A stretch of DNA of 57,721 nt from a virus (lineage: Duplodnaviria > Caudoviricetes). The notes beneath the pieces were generated by a model that was not told where the DNA came from, made no database searches, and saw only the letters and a program-made list of their open reading frames with translations. Position numbers and translations under genes: made by a program. Below, one piece after another: positions 44,351 through 52,995 of the stretch; positions within the stretch are counted from its first letter, which is position 1, and every line of letters begins with the position of its first letter. The stretch is taken from positions 1-57,721 of the IMG/VR virus record IMGVR_UViG_3300030104_001324, one strand, 5' to 3'.

Positions 44351-46483
44351 ATGGCAGAAGAAGATAAAATTTTAATTGAAGAAAATGCAATAGCTTTAGA
44401 AGATAGCGAAGACTCTATACTTGAGGACTCTTCCTCTGCAAATATTATTCCTTTTATTAGGGAACGCTATAAAAAAGCAGAAGACTATAGAGAACAAGAT
44501 GAACAACGGTGGTTAAGATCATATCGAAACTATAGAGGTATATATGGTTCAGATGTACAATTTACCGAAGCAGAAAAATCAAGAGTATTTATTAAAGTTA
44601 CCAAAACAAAAACTCTTGCTGCATACGGACAAATTGTTGACGTATTATTTTCCGCAAATAAATTTCCCTTAACTATTGAGCCTACTAAACTACCAGAAGG
44701 TGTATTTGAAGATGTAAATTTTGATCCAAATAAACCTGAAGCTATTCGTAAAGGACTAGAAACAGAAACTCCTTATGGTTTTGCAGGAGATGGTAAAGAT
44801 CTACCTGCAGGTGCTACACAAAAATCATTAACACTTGGACCTTTAGAAGAAAAACTTAGTGAAATAACTGGATTAGAAGCAGGAGCAGGTAAGACTCCTA
44901 GTGCTGTTACATTTAGTCCTGCTATGATAGCAGCAAAGGGTATGGAGAAGAAGATACATGATCAGCTACAAGAGTCAAGTGCTAATAAACATTTAAGAAG
45001 CACAGCATTTGAAATGGCTTTATTTGGTACTGGTGTAATGAAAGGTCCGTTTGCTGTTGATAAAGAGTATCCTAACTGGAGTGAAGACGGTGAGTATGAT
45101 CCAACTATTAAAACTGTACCACAAGTTTCCCATGTATCAGTATGGAACTTTTATCCTGATCCTGACGCAAATAATATGGACGAGGCACAGTATGTTATAG
45201 AGAAACATAAGCTATCAAGATCCCAGTTAAGAGCATTAAAACGTAGACCTTACTTTAGAGACAAAGTTATAGAAGAAGCTATAGCAGACGGAGAAAACTA
45301 CACTAAAGATTATTGGGAAGATGATTTATCTGATTATGCACCAGAGCATAACATTGATAGATTCGAAGTTCTTGAGTATTGGGGTATGTGCGATATTGAA
45401 ATGCTTAGAGAAGAAGGTGTTGAAATACCAGATGAAGTAAAAGATTTAGATGAAATTTCTGTAAATGTCTGGGTATGTAATGGTAAGTTATTACGTATGG
45501 TGCTTAATCCATTTAAGCCTGCTACTATTCCTTACATGGCTGCACCCTATGAACTTAATCCTTATAGCTTTTTTGGTGTAGGTATTGCAGAAAATATGGA
45601 CGATACCCAAACACTAATGAATGGGTTTATGCGTATGGCGGTAGATAATGCTGTATTGTCTGGTAATTTACTTATAGAGGTAGATGAAACTAATCTAGTT
45701 CCCGGCCAAGATTTATCGGTATATCCCGGAAAAGTCTTTAGAAGACAAGGGGGTGCGCCCGGCCAAGCTATCTTTGGTACAAAGTTTCCTAATGCTTCAA
45801 ACGAAAATTTACAGCTATTTGATAAAGCAAGGGTGCTTGCAGATGAAAGTACTGGCTTTCCTAGTTTTGCTCATGGGCAAACAGGTGTACAGGGTGTAGG
45901 TAGAACTGCGTCAGGTATGTCTATGCTTATGAACGCGGCTGCAGGTAGCATTAAAAATGTTATTAAAAATGTAGATGACTATCTACTAAAACCTTTAGGT
46001 GAAGGATTATTTAGATTTAATATGCAGTTTGATTTTGACCCAAAGATACGAGGAGATCTTGAGGTTAAAGCTAGAGGCACAGAAAGTTTAATGGCTAATG
46101 AAGTTCGTAGTCAGAGATTAATGCAATTTTTACAAGTAGCATCTAATCCTGCTCTTGCTCCTTTTGCTAAAATGGATTACATTATTCGTGAGATTGCAAA
46201 AGCTCTTGATCTTGATCCAGATAAAGTTACTAATGATATGAGAGAGGCTGCATTACAAGCTGAACTTATGAAAGGTTTTCAACAGCCACAACAACCCCAA
46301 ATGGAAGGGCAACCTCCTGCAGGCGCAGATGCAATGGATATGACAGGCGCAGGTGGAGGAACAATAGGTACAGGACAAGTACCTATGCCACAGGAACAAG
46401 GATTTAGCGGAAATGGACAAGCAGCTACTCAGCCACCTCAAGCCGTTGGTGAACAACAAGGAGATGTTGGACCACTTCAATAA
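44351..46483 (+). CDS. Portal protein
   Basis: 710 aa directly after terL. FGTG.MKGP, FYPDP, GVG..E, RTASGMSML motifs, Q/P-rich tail. Confidence 0.85.
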   Translation: MAEEDKILIEENAIALEDSEDSILEDSSSANIIPFIRERYKKAEDYREQDEQRWLRSYRNYRGIYGSDVQFTEAEKSRVFIKVTKTKTLAAYGQIVDVLFSANKFPLTIEPTKLPEGVFEDVNFDPNKPEAIRKGLETETPYGFAGDGKDLPAGATQKSLTLGPLEEKLSEITGLEAGAGKTPSAVTFSPAMIAAKGMEKKIHDQLQESSANKHLRSTAFEMALFGTGVMKGPFAVDKEYPNWSEDGEYDPTIKTVPQVSHVSVWNFYPDPDANNMDEAQYVIEKHKLSRSQLRALKRRPYFRDKVIEEAIADGENYTKDYWEDDLSDYAPEHNIDRFEVLEYWGMCDIEMLREEGVEIPDEVKDLDEISVNVWVCNGKLLRMVLNPFKPATIPYMAAPYELNPYSFFGVGIAENMDDTQTLMNGFMRMAVDNAVLSGNLLIEVDETNLVPGQDLSVYPGKVFRRQGGAPGQAIFGTKFPNASNENLQLFDKARVLADESTGFPSFAHGQTGVQGVGRTASGMSMLMNAAAGSIKNVIKNVDDYLLKPLGEGLFRFNMQFDFDPKIRGDLEVKARGTESLMANEVRSQRLMQFLQVASNPALAPFAKMDYIIREIAKALDLDPDKVTNDMREAALQAELMKGFQQPQQPQMEGQPPAGADAMDMTGAGGGTIGTGQVPMPQEQGFSGNGQAATQPPQAVGEQQGDVGPLQ

Positions 46484-46631
46484 TTATGTAGATGCTGTAA
46501 TTCAACAGCAACATAGAGTTATGGAACAAACCGATAACATAGTTGTATTACACAGAGCGCAAGGTGCTATACATAGTCTACGTAAATTAAAACAGTTAAG
46601 AGATGAGGTAAATGGAAGCACTAAGACCTAA
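46413..46631 (+). CDS. Small post-portal protein
   Basis: HRAQGAI..LRKLKQLRDEVN helical pattern. Confidence 0.6.
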   Translation: MDKQLLSHLKPLVNNKEMLDHFNNYVDAVIQQQHRVMEQTDNIVVLHRAQGAIHSLRKLKQLRDEVNGSTKT

Positions 46632-49218
46632 TAGAGAAATTGTAGAAGAGGCTACAGGAGAGAATACCAGAGCAGGTAGATTAATAAAAAATATTACAAC
46701 GTATAATCAAGGAGGAGCAGTAATGCAAGATCAAATGAAAATGGCTTTCATGGATGAAGGCGGCTTAAAAGATGAGGGTGGAGAAGTTGAACCTACCTCT
46801 GGTAATGATGTTCCTTCTGGTTCATTAAAAAAAGAAGTAAAAGATGACATACCTACAATGCTAAGTGAAGGGGAGTTTGTATTTCCTGCAGACGTAGTGA
46901 GGTACATTGGACTTGAAAAACTTATGAAGCTACGTCAAGATGCTAAACAAGGTTTGAAGATGATGGAAAAGATGGGTCAGATGGGTAACTCTGATGAGGC
47001 CACTGTACCTGATGACTTGCCCTTTGGTATGGCAGACTTAGTTGTAATAGCAGGCGGTAAAGATGAACCTAAAGAAATGGCAGAAGGTGGTGTACTTAGA
47101 GGACAGCAAGGTTTGTTTGCTGATCCTAGATTTGCAGGACAAAATGTAGCTCCTACTCCAACATACACACCTGCAGAAATAGAAAACCTAAGAACAGGTT
47201 TACGTGGTCAGTTTGATGAAATACAAGAAGACATTAAACCACCAGAAGATGAAGAGACAGAAGATCCTGTTGCTACACCTGAAGTAGCAGAAGTTCAAGC
47301 ACCAGAACCAGAGTCAGGGTATGATAAAAGACGCAGAGAAACACGAGGCTTTAACAAGTATATAGAAGAACAACAACGTGCAGGTGGAGACTTTGCTACT
47401 GTTAAGAGCTACGAAGATAGAGATGCAGTAGATTGGTTAAAGGCTGCTACAGATATAAACGGACTCATGGGAGATGTTGTTACTAAGTTGCCCATAGTTG
47501 GTGACTTGGTAAATTTAAGCTATAAAGGTGCAAGAGATTATATAGATAACTTACGTACAAGTGGAGAATTTAATGCCTTAGATGAAGACACTAAATTTGC
47601 GTTAGAGATATTTGAAAAGTCTAAAAAACCAAAGGGCATACTCTCAGTATTAAAAGATGTATTTCAAGGTAAAACACTTAAAGAAGCATTTACACCTGAA
47701 GAGTATGAAGAGCTTACAGAAGCAGAACTTGCTAAGATTAAAGCCATAAGAGATAAAGCTGTAGCTGCAGCAAAGAAACGAAAAGAAGAGTATAGTAACT
47801 TATCTGCTACAGATAGAACACAAAGAAGACAGTTTAAAGTAACAGGTATATTTAACGATGGTCAAGGTAATATAATACAAATGAAAGGTGATCAGGTTCT
47901 TTATCAAGTTGACGGTAGAAATACCTATGTTAATATAGCAGACATAGCTGACGCAGGAGATGATCCATCATTGTTAATGGAACGTATACTAGCATCTAGA
48001 TATAAAGGATATGATGCAAATGGTAAACCTATAGCAACAAGAGATGAAGACGAAGTAGCGGAGGCCATGCCTGAGTATGTGCAAGGATATGAAGCAGATC
48101 TTGTTTCAGCAAGTAATGCTGAGGCTACAAATGACTCAAGCGATAGTGATGGCAATCAGGCTTTTGATGATGATGATAATACAGGTGAGGGTACTGATGA
48201 GATAGACCTTACAGAAAATCAAAATGAAAATATTTTTGGACCTGACGAGGGTGGTAAACCAGTATCAGAACTTAATCAACTAGAAAGACTACAAGCAGGA
48301 TTATCTTTTGATCCTGATAAAATGGGTGAAGGACCAGAAAAAGAAGCATATAAAGAGTATGTTGCAGGATTAAGTCAATATGTGCCTGCAACCACTGCAC
48401 CAGAAGTAGAAGACATAGCGAACAAAGAAGAAGAAAAAGAGGTAGATCTACCATCAGAAGATACATCAGAAGATGCTTTAGATTTTGATCTTAACTATGA
48501 TGATTTTACAGACTTAGAAAAAACTGTAGAGTTAGATGATCCTGCAGATACATCTTACTTACAGAGCGGTAGTCCTGAACAGGTAGGTGGTCTATCATCA
48601 GAAATGGACGATAAAGGTATTGCACAATTAGAAAATTTAGTTCCTGCAGAAGTAGAAGCAGAAGCACCTATAGAAGCAGGAGATCCTGACAAGCTAACAA
48701 AAGATGACTTAGATGGAACTTTTAGTACATGGTTTAAATATAAAACTCAAAATCTTTTTGATGGATCTGATGATAAAGAACCAGTTGAGCTAGATCCTTT
48801 TGGTAGTAAAATGACTGACTCACAAAGAACTGTAAACAATATAATTGCTAGAACTAAAGATAACAAAAGAAAAGCAGAGATCCAAGCAGCAGTTGATAAA
48901 GCAAAAACACCTACAGAAAAACGAGATGCTGCTATAGACGTACTATTAAAAACAGGAGATGGTGGTAAAGGATCATCTCAAGGAACAGTAGATATTGTTG
49001 AAAATATTAGAAAAAGAAAAAAGAAAGAAGCAGATAAAGTAACTATTCCTGATGCACCTAAATATGTAGCACCTACTGCACCTACGATAGATTATGATGC
49101 AGGAAAGACACCTTCAGTACCATCTGTAGGACCGTTTGCTAAAGGTGGACTAGCTAAACAAAAAGTTAAGAAGCCTGCAAAGAAGAGGAAAGGTGGACTA
49201 GCCTCTAAAAAGAAATAG
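46612..49218 (+). CDS. Large head-region protein: DDIP..LSEGEFV domain, acidic body, basic GG-motif tail
   Basis: Between portal and scaffold. Alternative start ATG 46723 with GGAGGA SD. Confidence 0.7.
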   Translation: MEALRPNREIVEEATGENTRAGRLIKNITTYNQGGAVMQDQMKMAFMDEGGLKDEGGEVEPTSGNDVPSGSLKKEVKDDIPTMLSEGEFVFPADVVRYIGLEKLMKLRQDAKQGLKMMEKMGQMGNSDEATVPDDLPFGMADLVVIAGGKDEPKEMAEGGVLRGQQGLFADPRFAGQNVAPTPTYTPAEIENLRTGLRGQFDEIQEDIKPPEDEETEDPVATPEVAEVQAPEPESGYDKRRRETRGFNKYIEEQQRAGGDFATVKSYEDRDAVDWLKAATDINGLMGDVVTKLPIVGDLVNLSYKGARDYIDNLRTSGEFNALDEDTKFALEIFEKSKKPKGILSVLKDVFQGKTLKEAFTPEEYEELTEAELAKIKAIRDKAVAAAKKRKEEYSNLSATDRTQRRQFKVTGIFNDGQGNIIQMKGDQVLYQVDGRNTYVNIADIADAGDDPSLLMERILASRYKGYDANGKPIATRDEDEVAEAMPEYVQGYEADLVSASNAEATNDSSDSDGNQAFDDDDNTGEGTDEIDLTENQNENIFGPDEGGKPVSELNQLERLQAGLSFDPDKMGEGPEKEAYKEYVAGLSQYVPATTAPEVEDIANKEEEKEVDLPSEDTSEDALDFDLNYDDFTDLEKTVELDDPADTSYLQSGSPEQVGGLSSEMDDKGIAQLENLVPAEVEAEAPIEAGDPDKLTKDDLDGTFSTWFKYKTQNLFDGSDDKEPVELDPFGSKMTDSQRTVNNIIARTKDNKRKAEIQAAVDKAKTPTEKRDAAIDVLLKTGDGGKGSSQGTVDIVENIRKRKKKEADKVTIPDAPKYVAPTAPTIDYDAGKTPSVPSVGPFAKGGLAKQKVKKPAKKRKGGLASKKK

Positions 49219-49284
49219 ACCACATATAATCTGGCTACCAATCCCCCATATTGGCTACGATTGCCCTAGAAAAGGAGAACGACA

Positions 49285-50145
49285 ATGGCTGAAGCTGCTG
49301 TTATGACTGAGGAGGCAACACCTAAGAAAGTTGCATTTGTTGATAGACCTACCGCTAATGACGATAGGATTAAACAAGATGAAGAAGAGTTAAAGGAACT
49401 TATTCAAGATCACAAGGGAGAAGCTACAGAGTCTGAAGAAGCTGAACCCAAGACTGCTGAAGAAAAAACTTTTAAAAAGCGGTATGGTGACTTGCGTAGA
49501 CACTCTCAACAAAAAGAGGGAGAACTACAAACTCAAATAGATGCACTTAAAAAACAACTAGATGAGTCTACTCGCAAGGAAATAAGTTTACCAAAGTCAG
49601 ATGAAGATATTGAGGCATGGTCTAAACAATATCCTGATGTAGCTGCAATAGTAGAAACTATAGCTATTAAAAAAGCACAAGAGCAAACGATAGAGCTTGA
49701 CAAACGTGTAAAAGAAATAGATACTATGCAGTCTAACGTACACAAGGAAAAAGCAGAAGCTGAACTTCTTAGCTTACATCCTGACTTTAATGAAATAAGA
49801 GAGACTGATGAGTTTCATAACTGGGCAGAAGATCAGCCTAAGTGGATACAGGATGCTCTCTACGAAAATGAAAACGATGCTCGTTCTGCATCTAGAGCTA
49901 TTGACTTATATAAAGCGGATATGGGTATTAGTAAGAAAAAACCTGCAACATCAAAAGATGCTGCTCGTTCTACTAATACTAAAAGTACACGCACAAAATT
50001 ACAAGAAGATAGTTCTAGCGATTATTTACGAGAATCTGCTGTTCAAAGTATGTCAGCCAAAGAATACGAAAAAAACCAAGACGATATTATGGAAGCAATA
50101 CGTAGTGGTAAATTTGTATATGATATATCTGGCAATGCAAGATAA
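49285..50145 (+). CDS. Capsid scaffolding protein
   Basis: Acidic coiled coil, FKKRYGDLRRH, HPDF, directly upstream of the MCP. Confidence 0.7.
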   Translation: MAEAAVMTEEATPKKVAFVDRPTANDDRIKQDEEELKELIQDHKGEATESEEAEPKTAEEKTFKKRYGDLRRHSQQKEGELQTQIDALKKQLDESTRKEISLPKSDEDIEAWSKQYPDVAAIVETIAIKKAQEQTIELDKRVKEIDTMQSNVHKEKAEAELLSLHPDFNEIRETDEFHNWAEDQPKWIQDALYENENDARSASRAIDLYKADMGISKKKPATSKDAARSTNTKSTRTKLQEDSSSDYLRESAVQSMSAKEYEKNQDDIMEAIRSGKFVYDISGNAR

Positions 50146-50148
50146 GTG

Positions 50149-50176
50149 TTGACAAATACTTTATTTTAAGTATAAC
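50149..50176 (+). promoter_or_regulatory. Sigma70-type promoter for capsid genes
   Basis: TTGACA-N16-TATAAC, with TGTTATAAT nearby. Confidence 0.6.
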
Positions 50177-50386
50177 TATATGTTATAATGTTTATTTACC
50201 CTATGTAGTATAGCAACTTAATAAACATACCATAGCAAGCTCCAGAAAGTTTGAATTACTCTGTGACATAAAAGCCCAAAGGTATAAGTGAGCGCAACAT
50301 TTATAGTTTTGCACCTTTTTGAATAGACCTTTAAAGTGTAGTGGTGTTTTGCATTTGACAAGTTTTAATATGAAAGGATTTTAATC

Positions 50387-51460
50387 ATGGCATTTAAAAC
50401 TGCAGCAGGCTATGGTAATCTGCCCAATGGTAACTTTTCACCAGTTATCTATTCCAAGCAGGTCCAGTTAGCCTTCCGAAAAAGTACGGTTGTTGGTTCA
50501 ATCACTAATTCGGACTATTTTGGCGAAATTTCCGCAATGGGAGATACCGTCAGAATTATCAAAGAGCCTGAGATTACCGTCAAAGAGTATGCTCGTGGAG
50601 CGCAAATAACTCCGCAAGATCTTGATGACGAAGATTTTACGCTTGTTGTCGATAAGGCAAATTATTTTGCTTTTAAAATGGACGATATTGAAGAAGCTCA
50701 TTCACATGTGAATTTTTCACAGCTTGCTTCTGATCGTGCCGCATATCGGTTAGCCGATCAATATGACCAAGAAGTTCTTGGATACCTCTCAGGCTTTAAG
50801 CAATCAAGCATAAGCTCTCTAGCAGGCACAGCAAACGACACTGTTTCAGGGTCAAAGGCTGTATCTACTGCAGGGTCTGATGAATTGCTAACAAGCATGA
50901 AGTTGAGAAAAGACTCTTTTGGTAACATCACTACATCAAGTGCAGGTGATCACTCTATTCCAATAGCTCCAAGGCTAGGCGGTGCAACAGCGCAAGCTAC
51001 TGCAACTGCTACACCTTTGCAAGTTATTGCTAGAATGGGCAGATTACTTGATACACAGTTTGTGGATACACAAGGTAGATGGTTAGTACTACACCCAACT
51101 TTTGTTGAAGTTTTAAAGGATGAAGATTCTCGTCTTTTAAATTCAGACTTTGGTGAGTCAGGTGGACTACGAGCAGGTCTAGCTATTGGTAAAATTCATG
51201 GCTTTGATGTTTACATGTCTAATAACCTACCATCTGTAGGTACAGGCCCGGGAACATCTGGCTCTGCAAACCAAAACTCAAACTACGGTGTTATTGTTGC
51301 AGGTCATAGTTCTGCTATTGCTACTGCAGAACAAATCAACAAGACCGAGACATATCGTGACCCTGACAGCTTTGCTGACATTGTTCGTGGTATGCATTTG
51401 TACGGCAGAAAGATCCTCAGACCAGAGGCAATCGCAACTGCTAAATATAACGTAGCGTAG
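50387..51460 (+). CDS. Major capsid protein
   Basis: 357 aa. FSPVIYSK, GEI...GDTVRI, GRWLV, G..HGFDVYMSNNLP, FADIVRG.HLYG.K.LRPEA. Confidence 0.9.
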   Translation: MAFKTAAGYGNLPNGNFSPVIYSKQVQLAFRKSTVVGSITNSDYFGEISAMGDTVRIIKEPEITVKEYARGAQITPQDLDDEDFTLVVDKANYFAFKMDDIEEAHSHVNFSQLASDRAAYRLADQYDQEVLGYLSGFKQSSISSLAGTANDTVSGSKAVSTAGSDELLTSMKLRKDSFGNITTSSAGDHSIPIAPRLGGATAQATATATPLQVIARMGRLLDTQFVDTQGRWLVLHPTFVEVLKDEDSRLLNSDFGESGGLRAGLAIGKIHGFDVYMSNNLPSVGTGPGTSGSANQNSNYGVIVAGHSSAIATAEQINKTETYRDPDSFADIVRGMHLYGRKILRPEAIATAKYNVA

Positions 51461-51473
51461 GGAGGAATACACA

Positions 51474-52004
51474 ATGGCAACTTATGATATGACATCAAAA
51501 GACACTACTGGTGTTTCTTCTAACTCTCTAGCAGTCCTACCAACACAAACTGGTATGGGTGTAATGCGTATGGTTCAAGCTTACTTGGACATTGACGCAC
51601 TTGTTGCTGCAGGGTATTCAGGCGCAGATGGTGACATCTTTCAACTACTTGAAATTCCTGCAGGATGCTTAGTGCTATTTGCAGGTGCTGAAGTAGAGAA
51701 GGCTTTTACTGGAAGCTGTACTTTGGATATGGACTTTGCAGCAGGCGATGACATCATTGACGGTGCTGATATTACTTCCACAGGTTACTGTGCTGAAGGT
51801 AGTAATGGACAGTCTAATGACGTTACCACAGGTGCTGCTTCTCTGTTTACGCAATTTCAATCTGCTACAGATACTATTGACTGCAAGATTGCAGGTGCTG
51901 CTCCTGCTACAGGAAGATTACGAGCTTACGCTTGTATAATTGACTGTAACGACTTAGGAGCGTCTGGTAAAGCAGCAGATGTTGATAGAGATCAACTCGC
52001 TTAA
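51474..52004 (+). CDS. Putative capsid decoration / minor structural protein
   Basis: Follows the MCP before the terminator. A/G/T-rich beta protein with a strong SD. Confidence 0.55.
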   Translation: MATYDMTSKDTTGVSSNSLAVLPTQTGMGVMRMVQAYLDIDALVAAGYSGADGDIFQLLEIPAGCLVLFAGAEVEKAFTGSCTLDMDFAAGDDIIDGADITSTGYCAEGSNGQSNDVTTGAASLFTQFQSATDTIDCKIAGAAPATGRLRAYACIIDCNDLGASGKAADVDRDQLA

Positions 52005-52014
52005 CTTAACATTT

Positions 52015-52044
52015 AGGGAGGGCATTAACTTGCCCTTCCTTTTT
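52015..52044 (+). terminator. Rho-independent terminator
   Basis: AGGGAGGGCA-ttaact-TGCCCTTCCT followed by TTTT. Confidence 0.85.
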
Positions 52045-52059
52045 AGATAAAGAGAATAT

Positions 52060-52995
52060 ATGTCAGGCACTTATTTAAGTTTAACAAATTCAGTAATAGC
52101 TAGATTAAATGAAGTTCAATTAACTTCAGCTAATTTTAGTTCAGCTAGGGGAATACAGATCCAAGTTCAAAATGCTATTAATGAAACAGTGCGATATATT
52201 AACCAAAGAGAATTTAATTACCCATTTAATCATGCAACAGCCACTAAAACTTTAACTGCAGGGGTAGTGCGCTATAGTTTACCTACTAGTACAAAGACAG
52301 TAGACTATAGTACATTTAGATTAATTAAAGATAGTGATTTAGGAACGTCAGGTGGAAGGTTATCTGTACTTGACTATAATGACTATGTTAATAGTTATAT
52401 AACACAGGAAGACGAGATTAATTCTACTACTGCTGCCGAAGTAATAGATGCATCCGAAACAGAAATAGATCTAACTAGTGCTTCAGATTTTGACAGTACT
52501 GGTACAGTATATATTGACAATGAGCAAATAACATATACTGGCATTAGTTCAAATACACTTACTGGATGCACGAGAGGTGCAAACTCTACTACTGCTGCTT
52601 CACATAGCAACGGAGCAACTGTTACACAGTTTGATGGTGGAGGAATACCAAGACACGTAGTAAGAAGTAAAGATAATAATTATCTCGTATATCCTTTTCC
52701 AACTAAATCCTATCAAATCAAGTTTGACTACTATACATTTCCTAGTGATATGTCTGCTCACGATGATACTACAACAATACCTGCACGATTTGATCCAGTT
52801 ATAGTAGATGGTGCAACAGCGTTTGTATACCAATATCGTGGTGAAACTACACAGTATCAGCTTAACTTTGCTAGATTTGAACAGGGTATTAAGAATATGC
52901 AAACACTTTTAATTAATAAGTTTGATTATGTAAGATCAACTTATATACCTAGAACTCAACACGGACAGTTAAACACTAGCCTTGGAGTAATCTAA
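52060..52995 (+). CDS. Head-tail adaptor (tail tubular protein A-like) with inserted beta domain
   Basis: YL.L.N.V..RLNE N-terminus, YPFP, IP.RF. Insert contains TLTGCTRG. Confidence 0.7.
   Translation: MSGTYLSLTNSVIARLNEVQLTSANFSSARGIQIQVQNAINETVRYINQREFNYPFNHATATKTLTAGVVRYSLPTSTKTVDYSTFRLIKDSDLGTSGGRLSVLDYNDYVNSYITQEDEINSTTAAEVIDASETEIDLTSASDFDSTGTVYIDNEQITYTGISSNTLTGCTRGANSTTAASHSNGATVTQFDGGGIPRHVVRSKDNNYLVYPFPTKSYQIKFDYYTFPSDMSAHDDTTTIPARFDPVIVDGATAFVYQYRGETTQYQLNFARFEQGIKNMQTLLINKFDYVRSTYIPRTQHGQLNTSLGVI

Noticed and set aside
51440-51480. Programmed frameshift or readthrough extending the capsid protein
   Set aside because: No slippery heptamer at the MCP end, and the next gene has its own strong GGAGG SD.
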